Shown: positions 52,213-61,791, numbered from the stretch's first letter. The stretch: 64,000 nt of DNA from Candidatus Bathyarchaeota archaeon (GCA_963780185.1 CAWABA010000001.1:256001-320000), one strand, 5' to 3'. Notes: a model not told the origin generated them from the sequence alone. Numbers and translations are program-made.

Positions 52213-53145
52213 GTGACTGCCATGGCTGAAGACAAAACCAAGAAAAGCTTCTTCGGAAGAACGAAAAAAAGCATCATCGCAACCTTGATTCCCGGGTTTT
52301 CTTCATTGGCAAAGCGTCGGGGCTTAGCTGGAAAATTCGTAATCTTCGGGGCAGTTCTGACCGTTGCGATAGTGCTGATGACTGCGTTTTCACCGTGGAT
52401 CGTGCCCCATAACCCCGGTGCACTCAACGTTGGAAAGCCGTTCACTGCGCCAGACGCGAAGTTTCCGTTGGGAACGGATCAACTTGGCAGGGACATGTTA
52501 AGCAGAGTGATCGCAGGAGGCTCGGTGATGCTTGAGGTTGCCCTTGTCTCAGTTGCAGCCTGCTTCGCAATTGGTGTACCTCTCGGGTTGTTTTCATCCC
52601 ACACAGGCGGCGCCGTTGACAAGTTCATCAGCCTCATAATGGACAGCATGTACGCGTTCCCAGGAATTATCTTGGCCATTGCCTTCTCGCTTGTTCTCGG
52701 CAGAGGAGTCGTGAACATGGCGATTTCAATAGCTGCCGTGTATGTGCCATCCTATTTCCGCATGGTCAGAAGCCAAGTTCTCAGCATTAAGGAGCTCCCC
52801 TACGTTGAAGCGGCAAACTCAGTCGGCGCCAAAAAAGGCACAATCCTGAGACGGTACATCTTCCCCAACGTTTTGCCGTCGGTTGTTGTTGTAGCGACAG
52901 TGAATTTCGCGGACGCCATCCTCACTGCGGCAGGCTTGACTTTCATCGGTTTAGGCGTGCCCCCGAACGTGCCTGACTGGGGCTGGGACCTCACCAATGG
53001 GCGAACACTTCTGCCAAGCGGTACTTGGTGGGTCATAACTTTCCCGGGGATAATGATTATTCTGCTCGCGTTAGGCTTCACTTTGATGGGTGAAGGCTTA
53101 AGCGAACTGCTTAACCCACGGCTAGAACAAGGAGGCGAAAAGTAA
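52213..53145 (+). CDS. dppC: Peptide ABC transporter permease
   Basis: LGTDQLGRDMLSR, YVEAANSVGA, PDWG. Confidence 0.92.
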   Translation: MTAMAEDKTKKSFFGRTKKSIIATLIPGFSSLAKRRGLAGKFVIFGAVLTVAIVLMTAFSPWIVPHNPGALNVGKPFTAPDAKFPLGTDQLGRDMLSRVIAGGSVMLEVALVSVAACFAIGVPLGLFSSHTGGAVDKFISLIMDSMYAFPGIILAIAFSLVLGRGVVNMAISIAAVYVPSYFRMVRSQVLSIKELPYVEAANSVGAKKGTILRRYIFPNVLPSVVVVATVNFADAILTAAGLTFIGLGVPPNVPDWGWDLTNGRTLLPSGTWWVITFPGIMIILLALGFTLMGEGLSELLNPRLEQGGEK

Positions 53146-54128
53146 TGGCTGAACCACTGCTCTCCGTAGAAGGGCTAACAGTAGAATATTGGACCAACAA
53201 AGGTAAACTCCGCGCCGTCAACGACGTTTCGTTCCAACTGGGCAAATCAGAGGTTCTCGGCGTCGTCGGCGAATCAGGATCTGGAAAATCAACCCTTGGA
53301 TTGTCACTTATCGGTTTAGTTCCCTACCCTGGAAGAATCGTTAAAGGAAACGTTTCGCTTAACGGCAAAGATATCCTTTCGCTCAAGAAAGAGGCGCTGC
53401 GTAACCTGCGGGGAAAGGGGGTTAGCTACGTTTTTCAGGACCCTATGACTTCGCTGAACCCAGTGAAGAAGATCGGCGACCACTTCGCGGAAATGATTAC
53501 CACGCACGAACCCAAAGTAACCAAGAAAGAAGCTTTAGAACGCGCCGCGAAGCTCCTAAAAGACGTCGGCATTCAGGCTGACAAAATCAACGCGTATCCT
53601 CATCAACTCAGCGGAGGGATGAGGCAGCGGGTAATGATAGCTTTGGCAATAACGTTGAATCCGAGCATAGTCGTGGCGGATGAACCTACAACCGCCCTTG
53701 ACGTGATTGTGCAGGCAAAAATCCTCGACTTGCTCAATAAGCTGCGGGACACCTACGGTATGGCTCTTCTGCTGATAACCCATGACCTCAGCATAGTGAT
53801 GGAGAGAAGCGACCGAATCCTAGTAATGTACGCGGGGCAAGTTGTCGAATACGCCCCGAGCAAAAGCCTCTACGAGCAGCCACAGCACCCATACACGAAG
53901 GGTCTGCTGAGAAGCATCCCAAACATCGAATTAGCTGACCAGAAACTGGAAGCCATCGCGGGTTCCCCACCTGACCTGCTGAATATGCCTGGAGGCTGCA
54001 GGTTTTGGCCCCGCTGCAGCTTCGTCTTTGACCGATGCCGAAGCGAGGAGCCGTCGCTTGTGAAAACCTCTGACACGCATTTCGTTCGTTGTTTCCTATG
54101 CACTGCGCAAGGAGGCTGCCAGACATGA
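53145..54128 (+). CDS. dppD: Peptide ABC transporter ATP-binding protein
   Basis: GESGSGKST, LSGGMRQR, ADEPTTALD, HPYT. Confidence 0.93.
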   Translation: MAEPLLSVEGLTVEYWTNKGKLRAVNDVSFQLGKSEVLGVVGESGSGKSTLGLSLIGLVPYPGRIVKGNVSLNGKDILSLKKEALRNLRGKGVSYVFQDPMTSLNPVKKIGDHFAEMITTHEPKVTKKEALERAAKLLKDVGIQADKINAYPHQLSGGMRQRVMIALAITLNPSIVVADEPTTALDVIVQAKILDLLNKLRDTYGMALLLITHDLSIVMERSDRILVMYAGQVVEYAPSKSLYEQPQHPYTKGLLRSIPNIELADQKLEAIAGSPPDLLNMPGGCRFWPRCSFVFDRCRSEEPSLVKTSDTHFVRCFLCTAQGGCQT

Positions 54129-55123
54129 GCCGAGCAGGCGAAGAAATTCTGCGGGTTGAAAATCTGCAGAAGTATTACCCTGTCGAGAAGGGTTTCCTCG
54201 AAAAGATGTTCTCCCGAAACAGGCACTTCGTGAAAGCCGTAGATGGCATCAGCTTCACTGTTCGCCGAGGAGAAATTTTCACGTTAGCAGGAGAAAGCGG
54301 ATGCGGCAAAACCACAACGGGCAAGCTGGTTCTGCGTTTAACTCAGCCCACTTCGGGGCGCATTTTCTTCGATAACACCGACATAACCGCCTTGAAGGGA
54401 GAAGAGCTGCGTATTCTGCGGCGAAAAATGCAGATGATCTTCCAAGACCCTTACGCCTCATTCAATCCCCGAATGAGGATCGGCGCCGCCGTCGGGCATC
54501 CCCTTGAAATCCACAAGTTAGCTTCGGGGTCAGAGAAGCAAGCGAGGGTCTTTGAGGTTCTGGAACGCGTCGGCTTGTCACCTGCCAAAAAGTTCGCGGA
54601 GTTGTATCCCCATCAGATGAGCGGCGGTCAACGGCAGCGTGCAGCCATGGCTCGATCCCTGATTTTGAAGCCAGAATTCATCGTTGCAGACGAGCCTGTT
54701 TCAATGATTGATGTTTCCCTTCGAACCTCAATTATCGATTTGATGCTGGATCTGCGTAGGGACATGGGTTTGACTTACCTGTTCATCACGCATGACTTGG
54801 CGATTGCAAAGTACATTTCTGACCGCATCGCGGTCATGTACTTGGGCAAAATCGTGGAGATAGGCGACAAAGACGCTATCTTCTCCAACCCGCTTCACCC
54901 CTACACTAAGGCGTTGCTGGCTGCAATCCCGGTGCCGAACCCTGAACGGAAACGGAAAGAAACAGAACTCATCGGCGAAGTTGCTTCGGCGGTAAACGTT
55001 CCTTCAGGTTGTCGCTTCCACACTCGATGCCGATACTGCCAAGCAGGATGCAGCGAGAAAGAGCCAGTTTTAGTGGAAGTATCGCCTAACCATCTGGTAG
55101 CCTGTGATTTGGCGAAAAGCTGA
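54125..55123 (+). CDS. dppF: Peptide ABC transporter ATP-binding protein
   Basis: GESGCGKTT, MSGGQRQR, ADEPVSMID, HPYT. Confidence 0.93.
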   Translation: MSRAGEEILRVENLQKYYPVEKGFLEKMFSRNRHFVKAVDGISFTVRRGEIFTLAGESGCGKTTTGKLVLRLTQPTSGRIFFDNTDITALKGEELRILRRKMQMIFQDPYASFNPRMRIGAAVGHPLEIHKLASGSEKQARVFEVLERVGLSPAKKFAELYPHQMSGGQRQRAAMARSLILKPEFIVADEPVSMIDVSLRTSIIDLMLDLRRDMGLTYLFITHDLAIAKYISDRIAVMYLGKIVEIGDKDAIFSNPLHPYTKALLAAIPVPNPERKRKETELIGEVASAVNVPSGCRFHTRCRYCQAGCSEKEPVLVEVSPNHLVACDLAKS

Positions 55124-55190
55124 CGCAAAACTTCCTGTTGAAGCCATTATTGGACTTGCCAAACGTTTGAGCTGACAAGTTGCCATGTGA

Positions 55191-55655
55191 CTACTTTACG
55201 AATTTCAGTATCGTAGGCTCCATCAGCCGCAGCAAATCTTGCTTGCTTATCCTGACGCTTTTAGTCAGCAATCCGAAGTTGAAGTTGACGAAGTCATTTT
55301 CCAGAACTGATGGATCCAGAAAAGTCGACAACCCAAACAGGGCTCCAAACGGGGGAACCGAGCCGCTTTCACAATTCGTTGCTTTCAACACTTCATCCTT
55401 CGAGGCAAAACTCAGCTTTGTCCCCAGATGTGACTCCAAGACCTTGAAATCTATCTTTTTGTCTGCTGCAACGTTAACAAGAATGAAGTTTCCATCTTTC
55501 TTCTTCAGCACCATTGATTTGCAGCCCGTCTTCAACTCGACTCCCCTGACCTGCGCCGCCTCCTCCGACGTGTAGACAGGCGGGTGCTCGTAGAGTTGAT
55601 AGCAAACGTTGTTTTGCTTGAAAAGCTCCAGAATCTTTTCCGCTTCTTCCTTCAA
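55191..55655 (-). CDS. YbaK/ProX-family aminoacyl-tRNA deacylase
   Basis: EHPPVYTSEEAA, CKSMVLK, GSVPPFG. Confidence 0.88.
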   Translation of the reverse strand: MKEEAEKILELFKQNNVCYQLYEHPPVYTSEEAAQVRGVELKTGCKSMVLKKKDGNFILVNVAADKKIDFKVLESHLGTKLSFASKDEVLKATNCESGSVPPFGALFGLSTFLDPSVLENDFVNFNFGLLTKSVRISKQDLLRLMEPTILKFVK

Positions 55656-55676
55656 TGAAAGTCCCTACAACTAACG

Positions 55677-56198
55677 CTACTTCTTTTTTGCCCTGCGGAT
55701 ATGCATTTCCTCAGTCAACAGCCATGTTTTGCCGTTGTCATGTGTTTCCTCGGCACGCCATCGGAAAGACTTCGGCGTGATTTCCGAAAATATCCAGTTC
55801 TCAGGGTAACCGTTGGTGTTTTGGAGTTCAAGAACGATTTCATCTTTGACTTTGCGGGCTATGAAAGCTTGGACAAGACCCTTAAGTGGAGAAAGCCAGG
55901 TGCTGCGCCACGCGTCAATTTTCGGGTCGTAGAATCGGATGGTTGTTCCGAAAAGAGTAATCTTCTCTGAACCCTCCTTGCAGCCCATCCAGACATCCTG
56001 CACCGCTGTGCCGCCCAAAATCCACCCGAAATGGACCTCTCCATGCATCTTAACCCAAGTCCCATCTGCCTGCACGTATCGAGCTTCCACGATGTCCCAG
56101 TCGCCGACAAACTGACCAAAAAGCATCAACTTCTCTTTCAAGTCTGGGTCAGGACCGTCAGCAGCTAAACCTTCAATCTTCCACGTGTTCTTTGCCAT
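55677..56198 (-). CDS. Hypothetical beta-barrel protein (DUF1579-like)
   Basis: FGQFVGDW, WILGGTAVQDVW, GTTIRFYDP, DNGKTW. Confidence 0.65.
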   Translation of the reverse strand: MAKNTWKIEGLAADGPDPDLKEKLMLFGQFVGDWDIVEARYVQADGTWVKMHGEVHFGWILGGTAVQDVWMGCKEGSEKITLFGTTIRFYDPKIDAWRSTWLSPLKGLVQAFIARKVKDEIVLELQNTNGYPENWIFSEITPKSFRWRAEETHDNGKTWLLTEEMHIRRAKKK

Positions 56199-56400
56199 TT
56201 GAAATACACTTCCGATTTAGCGATTGTTATTGCTATTTGTGAAAAGATAAATTTTGCCTAAAACAGATATCCTTAGCTTTGAGGGGGCGATTCAAAACTT
56301 ATCCAAACTTGGGTGTTGAATGATGTTTCTTGTTGGGAAATGTGTTAAAAGGCTTATATTCATAGACAGAAATCAATATTTGCGCAAGAGAGGGATTGGT

Positions 56401-57663
56401 TTGAAGGGAAAACTGCTTTCACTGTTAACGTTGAGTTTGTTTGTGCTGTTTGTTTTAAGTTTCACTTTGTTGGCTAAAGCCCAAACCGACACCACGGTTT
56501 GGAGCGACAACATGAAATATCAGAGCTTAAGCCAGATGCAGACGGCAGGCTGGACCACCAACAACCCGGTAGGCGTCAACTTCACCTCAAGCGGCGTAGT
56601 CGTTGACGATTTCCACGGCGACACCTCTATTTTCTACAGCGGCCATTTCGCCTCGGGCATCGTCAATTGGCAGGTTGAGAACCAAAACCGCTGGGTTTCA
56701 GGACCTCATTGTGGAGACAGCGTTGGGGCAAGTACTGATGGGAACAGTTACGAGTTTGCCGCGGATGGTTGGTACAGCAATTTCGCGTTTTATGCTGGCG
56801 GCTCCAAAGTTTGGTTTTCTGCTCAAGGCACCTACAGCGAGAGCCAAGGCTCGCTAATCACTTTAATCATGGAGAAATCTGGTGACCAAATCAAATGCTA
56901 CTACAATGGGCATCTTGAATACACCTACACCGAAAAGACCTATGCGTCTTCACCCCTTGTCGGCGTATCCACGGTCTCACCCTACCTGGGCGCAGCAGAA
57001 TACGACTATTTCCAGCTCTCGACAGGTTCCGGGAGCAGTTCTTCCAGTCCAGGGTCAGGGTCAAGCAGCGTTCTGAGTAATCCTGTTGTGGTAGGCGGCA
57101 TAGCGGGCGGTGTGGCGGTAGGTGTTGGAGCGGGGGTTGGTTTGGCAATTCACTTTGGCGTAATAGGAGGCGGTGCAGCTGGTTCTGCCAGTGCGGGGTC
57201 GGGCGCGGCTACAACTGGGTCGGCAGGCGGCGCGTCTGGTTCTGGAGCTGGTGCAAGCGGGTCATCTGGAACAGGGAGCAGCGGAGGTTCTGGCGGCGAT
57301 TCAGGAGCAGCCTCATCGCAAGGAGGCGGCGGTTCAGGCGGAGGAGACGCAGGCGGCTCTAACCTTGTAGCTGACGCAGGAAACATCCAGCAGATGCAGG
57401 ATGCAAATGCAGCCGCCCAACAGGCAACTACACTTCAGAATCAAATGCAGCAAGCCAATCAGGCTCAAGCTGACCAACGGCAGAAAATTCAACAAGACAC
57501 ACAAACAAAAATCATGGACACACAGCAAGATGTTACCCAGAATAAACAAAAAACGCAGGACAAAGCCAATCAAAACGCGGATTCATACATACGTGCGTCT
57601 ACTGATTCAGACAGCTCTGTAGCTCAAGACGGCAGTGGTTCAGCTGAATCAGGCGAGGGGTAA
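56401..57663 (+). CDS. Secreted/membrane protein: beta-sandwich ectodomain, Gly-rich TM, Gly/Ser linker, Gln-rich helical C-terminal domain
   Basis: GAGGG RBS + TTG; signal …LAKA|Q; TM VVVGGIAGGVAVGVGAGVGLAI. Confidence 0.7.
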   Translation: MKGKLLSLLTLSLFVLFVLSFTLLAKAQTDTTVWSDNMKYQSLSQMQTAGWTTNNPVGVNFTSSGVVVDDFHGDTSIFYSGHFASGIVNWQVENQNRWVSGPHCGDSVGASTDGNSYEFAADGWYSNFAFYAGGSKVWFSAQGTYSESQGSLITLIMEKSGDQIKCYYNGHLEYTYTEKTYASSPLVGVSTVSPYLGAAEYDYFQLSTGSGSSSSSPGSGSSSVLSNPVVVGGIAGGVAVGVGAGVGLAIHFGVIGGGAAGSASAGSGAATTGSAGGASGSGAGASGSSGTGSSGGSGGDSGAASSQGGGGSGGGDAGGSNLVADAGNIQQMQDANAAAQQATTLQNQMQQANQAQADQRQKIQQDTQTKIMDTQQDVTQNKQKTQDKANQNADSYIRASTDSDSSVAQDGSGSAESGEG

Positions 57664-57737
57664 ACTTGCCCCTCTGGCTTTTTTGTTTTTACTCAAAATT
57701 CTAGTGTTGTTCCTGACTTCTTTGGGAGCCTGAAAAC

Positions 57738-58568
57738 GTGTCCAGCCGTGAGCCTTCTTTAGCTGAGAAATATTTTCTCCGCGGGGACGACCTGAGACTT
57801 CAGGGTAAATTTGAAGCTGCATTGGATGCCTACGCCAAGGGCTTGGAGATTAGTTCAGACAACGAAAAAGCATGGAATAACTGTGGAGTTGTGTTAGCTG
57901 GCTTGGGCAGGTATGAGGATGCTTTGGAGGCTTACGATAAAGCTATCGAAATCAACCCTGCCTATGCAAAGGCGTGGAATAACAAAGGCGCGGCTTTGGA
58001 TAGTTCGGTTAGATTTCAAGAAGCTCTAAAAGCATATGGTAGAGCGATTGAATTAAGCCCCAATTATCAGAAAGCGTGGGTTAACATGGCAATGGTTTTC
58101 ATTAAAATGTACAAGTCAGATGAAGCGTTGTCGGCTCTTGATGAAGCTATAAAAATTAACCCCCAAGATTATGACGCATGGCAGCTTAAGGGCGCTGCCC
58201 TGAGCAACTTGGGTAGGTATGAAGAGGCAATTGTTTCGTTAGAGAAAGCCATCGCAATCAATCCATCTCGCCAGGCGGCGTGGAATAACAAGGGTGTCGC
58301 CCTAGAGTTTCTGGGACGACTTGAAGAGGCTTTGACGGCGTATAACAAGGCGCTTGAACTTAACCCGAATTATCAGCGGGCATGGTTTAACAAAGGAAGC
58401 GTTTTAGCAAGCTTAGGAAAACCCCAGGAAGCCCTTGCCGCCTATGACAAAGCAACAGAAATCAACCCGAAAGATTACGAAGCATGGTACCAAAAAGGGG
58501 TGGTTCTAAGCACTTTAGGCAAGCATGAGGAATCTGTGAAGGCTTATGACAAAGCGTTGATCCATTAA
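57738..58568 (+). CDS. Tetratricopeptide repeat protein (~8 TPRs)
   Basis: Repeated AWNNKG..L..LGRYEEAL.AYDKAIEINP. Confidence 0.92.
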   Translation: MSSREPSLAEKYFLRGDDLRLQGKFEAALDAYAKGLEISSDNEKAWNNCGVVLAGLGRYEDALEAYDKAIEINPAYAKAWNNKGAALDSSVRFQEALKAYGRAIELSPNYQKAWVNMAMVFIKMYKSDEALSALDEAIKINPQDYDAWQLKGAALSNLGRYEEAIVSLEKAIAINPSRQAAWNNKGVALEFLGRLEEALTAYNKALELNPNYQRAWFNKGSVLASLGKPQEALAAYDKATEINPKDYEAWYQKGVVLSTLGKHEESVKAYDKALIH

Positions 58569-58602
58569 GCTGATTTTAGCCTTTTGTGCCTTGGTCGTTA
58601 AG

Positions 58603-58902
58603 TTATTTTTGTATGCCGATGTTTTTAGCCCACGCAAGAGCTTCCGAATATTTCAGCACGGGAGAACTTTTGACGGTGCCGATTATCCTGAGCGGTTCAA
58701 CTGCGTTGCTAAGGGACGTTGCGTCGTTGGCGTCTAAAATGAAGTACCAGACGTGTCCGGGCGCATCAAGATATCCCTCCACAACTTTTACACCCGATTT
58801 CTTCATGCTCTCATCCATCTTAGCCGTAAACATCTCGTCGGGTCTCATGACTCCTCCAGGACAGTTTTCAGCGCTGTGCGTTGCGACTATTAGAAAAAGC
58901 AA
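58603..58902 (-). CDS. Small GYD/DUF3303-like ferredoxin-fold protein
   Basis: GGAGGTG RBS; HSAENCP…GVKVVEGYLDAPGHVWYFILDA. Confidence 0.65.
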   Translation of the reverse strand: MLFLIVATHSAENCPGGVMRPDEMFTAKMDESMKKSGVKVVEGYLDAPGHVWYFILDANDATSLSNAVEPLRIIGTVKSSPVLKYSEALAWAKNIGIQK

Positions 58903-59131
58903 CTCAAAACACCTCCTTTCAAATTAGCCAGTAAAAGTGAAGCCAAATTTGTTTCTTAAAGTTTGTGGTTGTGAGCTGACAGGAGCAAACAAACGTTTCC
59001 GAAAACCCGTGGCGGAAGAATCCGTGTCCTGTTTGAGGTTTCAGTCGAATCGATTTTTTGTGGTGGCTTAAGAGCTGCAATCGCAATCGTTAATAGCTTG
59101 GAAAACCATTTTTTGGTGAGGTTGTTAATTT

Positions 59132-59767
59132 TTGTCTGGACCCATCGACATCGTGCGTTCGCTGCATAACGCTTTTTGCCGTGATATTTTTCAAATTGAT
59201 GATGTAGCTTTCAAAATAGCCCGGGGCGGCGGAGATCAAGCCGTCGTTTTGGATCGGCTGACTCTTATGGGGGAGGTTTTGGATTATCATGCCCGAGGTG
59301 AGGAGGCTGCGGTTTTTCCCGCCGTCGACAAAGTAGCGCCTCTTGTCGCTAAAGCTTATTTGATGGATCATCGCGAACTTGACGTCATGGTTAGCGGGTT
59401 AGAAGCGATGCGGAAAGCGCCTGATCCGCTTACGATGGCTAGGGCAACGGCAGTCCTGTCGTCACATCTGCGAATTCATCTAGACAAAGAAGACGCCCAC
59501 CTATACCAAATCCTCAGAGAACGAACAACAGAAGCTGAGCAAGCGTCGATTGTTGGACTTATGTCACGGCAAGTGCCGCCTAACAGGTTTCCCACTTTGA
59601 TTCAATGGCTTTTCCCGCTGCTTAGCCCAGAAGACCAATACGTGACTACGAAGGGCTGGATGACTTTGATGCCGCCGCCGGTTTTCGCCACCGTCAAATC
59701 CCTGATAAAACAGAGTGTTCCCCAAAACTGGGCTGAATTAGCTAAGCAAATCCCGGGTTTAGAATAA
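59132..59767 (+). CDS. Hemerythrin/HHE-domain protein
   Basis: HNAF, HARGEE.AVFP, DHREL, HLDKED. Confidence 0.85.
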   Translation: MSGPIDIVRSLHNAFCRDIFQIDDVAFKIARGGGDQAVVLDRLTLMGEVLDYHARGEEAAVFPAVDKVAPLVAKAYLMDHRELDVMVSGLEAMRKAPDPLTMARATAVLSSHLRIHLDKEDAHLYQILRERTTEAEQASIVGLMSRQVPPNRFPTLIQWLFPLLSPEDQYVTTKGWMTLMPPPVFATVKSLIKQSVPQNWAELAKQIPGLE

Positions 59768-59962
59768 AAAGCGAATTCTGACGGCTGAAACTTTCTGTGT
59801 TCTTTGGAGTAGTCAGCATTTTCGTCTTGGCGTATTTCTCCAGTAGATTTGGTTGTTAGTCAACAAAGTTTGACTTGATTCAGTCAAGAAACCTTGACGA
59901 ATAAACTTTAATTCAGAAACGAATAAACCAATTTTCAAGGGAAGAAACGTCGAGGTATTCCT

Positions 59963-60643
59963 ATGCAAAAAAAGATTGCAGCTCTTGCCGTCATCTTTAC
60001 GCTTGTCCTATCCATGGTTGGAGCCATCGCTGGTGTTTGCGGTGAGCCTTCCGTGGGAGTCAAAAAAGGCGATTGGATGGATTACAATGTTGTCATAGGC
60101 GGGCATCCTCCGCCGATTCACAATGTTAACTGGCTTAGAATAGAGGTTTTGCAGGTTCAAAGCGACGCATTCAAAGCGAACTTCACTGTGAGGTACCCCA
60201 ACGGAACCCTGTACACCACTACTTGGCAATTCAACTTCACAGAAGGCAACACTGAAGGCTGGATAATCATTCCATCAAACCTAAGCCCCGGCGACATGTT
60301 CCTTGACCTCCACAAGTCAGAAACGGCGAACGTAACCATCCAAAGGCAAGAGCAAAAAACAGTTGCAGGCGCAACCCGAACCATAATATTCGCAAACGAT
60401 TCCTTGAGGACCAAGGAATGGGACAAAGCCACCGGCGTCTTCACTAACTCTTCTGAGACTTTCAAAAACTGGAGCGCCTACGTGTACCTCACCTCCACCA
60501 ACATTTGGAGCCCCAAAATCGAGGGACTAAACCCGAAAACGTTCTACGTGCTGGTTGCAGCAAGCATAGTGGTGGCTGTGTCGGTGTCGGCTTTAGAAAT
60601 AATTTTTTTCCGAAGAAAAAGAAGACAGGTCAATTCTGCATGA
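59963..60643 (+). CDS. Exported membrane-anchored hypothetical protein
   Basis: Signal peptide; VGVKKGDWMDY; WDKATGV; C-terminal TM + RRKRR. Confidence 0.75.
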   Translation: MQKKIAALAVIFTLVLSMVGAIAGVCGEPSVGVKKGDWMDYNVVIGGHPPPIHNVNWLRIEVLQVQSDAFKANFTVRYPNGTLYTTTWQFNFTEGNTEGWIIIPSNLSPGDMFLDLHKSETANVTIQRQEQKTVAGATRTIIFANDSLRTKEWDKATGVFTNSSETFKNWSAYVYLTSTNIWSPKIEGLNPKTFYVLVAASIVVAVSVSALEIIFFRRKRRQVNSA

Positions 60644-60657
60644 GTGCGTTATTTTGT

Positions 60658-60996
60658 TTATCCAGATTCTCTTCGGGTGGTTTTACATTTTGTGCACCTG
60701 AAGAATGTAATTGTTGAATGAATAGTTTCGTCTGCAGCTTCGACGTTCCAAGTTTCGCTTACAGTGTTTCCACACGTTTCACACACCAAATGAATTGTCG
60801 GAAGCTGTCTTAGCAGTGCCTCTTTGCTTTGGTCTATCACAGCGATTTCAGCTACTTTGCCAAGTTGTAGGATTATTTTTTTGCGTAGTTCTTCATGCTC
60901 CATTGGTTTTTGGAATTTGCATTTTGGGCATCTGAGTGTGGAAGCGTCTTTTTTTGCTTTTTGAAGTATCGATCCGCATTTTGGGCAGAAATCCAT
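60658..60996 (-). CDS. tfs: Transcription factor S / RpoM-family paralogue
   Basis: MDFCPKCGSIL…CPKC and CETCGN…ADE…TFFRCTKC zinc ribbons. Confidence 0.8.
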   Translation of the reverse strand: MDFCPKCGSILQKAKKDASTLRCPKCKFQKPMEHEELRKKIILQLGKVAEIAVIDQSKEALLRQLPTIHLVCETCGNTVSETWNVEAADETIHSTITFFRCTKCKTTRRESG

Positions 60997-61205
60997 TGTG
61001 TTCACCTGCGTGTAGGCTTTTCTAATTGAAATGATTTTTATGTATTCCGACTTTTACGTTACAAATAATTTAATTAATGTCCCATTTGGTGCAACCTGAC
61101 CCCTCCACTTAGTGGAGACGTCACCCGCCGTCCCCCTTGATAGAAAGCGATAGGGACTAGTGGTAAACGAATTCCTTTGATTCAAATCTGAGAATAAGGA
61201 TTGGT

Positions 61206-61427
61206 TTATGGGCAACAATTGCAGCTGTTGGTGTTGAGCCATTTCTTGTGCCACTTAAATTTTTCACAGCCTTCTTTTGATTCGCAGCACATGCATTGGT
61301 CTTCGCTTGTAGCTTTGTTTATCATATCGATTAGTTCCTTCTCCGCTTTAGGGTCAAGGCATAGCTTTTTGACTTGTTTTTCAAATTCACCTGTCAAATG
61401 CACAAACTCCTTTGTAATTCTAACCAC
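61206..61427 (-). CDS. Small Cys-rich hypothetical protein
   Basis: 73 aa; CMCCESKEGCEKFKWHKKW…CNCCP. Confidence 0.6.
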   Translation of the reverse strand: MVRITKEFVHLTGEFEKQVKKLCLDPKAEKELIDMINKATSEDQCMCCESKEGCEKFKWHKKWLNTNSCNCCP

Positions 61428-61449
61428 AAGCAGGTATTCTTTAACATAA

Positions 61450-61474
61450 TGGTGGACTGGGGGATTTGAACCCC
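61450..61474 (-). repeat. Direct repeat of the tRNA-Ala 3' end (att-like site)
   Basis: tggtggactgggggatttgaacccc matches tRNA 62949-62975 except for G-run length. Confidence 0.8.
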
Positions 61475-61575
61475 GCTCAAGCTCGTGATTTCACTAGCAG
61501 AATCCTTTTTTTCCTGGAAATACGAGGTAATTTTTTAAATTCCTTTATATTAATTGTTTTTAGGGATGTTTGCTT

Positions 61576-61769
61576 TTGGTCACGGCGAAGAAGATCGGGG
61601 AAAAGACAGTTTTCTCTGTGATGTTTGCGGCCTTGGATACTCGGACAAGAAGACCACACACGAATGCGAGGACTACTGCAGGGTCCACTCTGGCTCTTGC
61701 AGCGTGAAGCTATACAAGAAAGCTGTTTTTTTACCTGAGAAAACGCGAATTGCGAGAGCAAAAATTTAA
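61576..61769 (+). CDS. Small Zn-finger-like protein, probable frameshift near 61612
   Basis: TTG start gives MVTAKKIGEKTVF, then LCDVCGLGY…CEDYC.VH..SCS in the next frame. Confidence 0.55.
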
Positions 61770-61791
61770 GACAAGATGGCGTCAATTCCTA

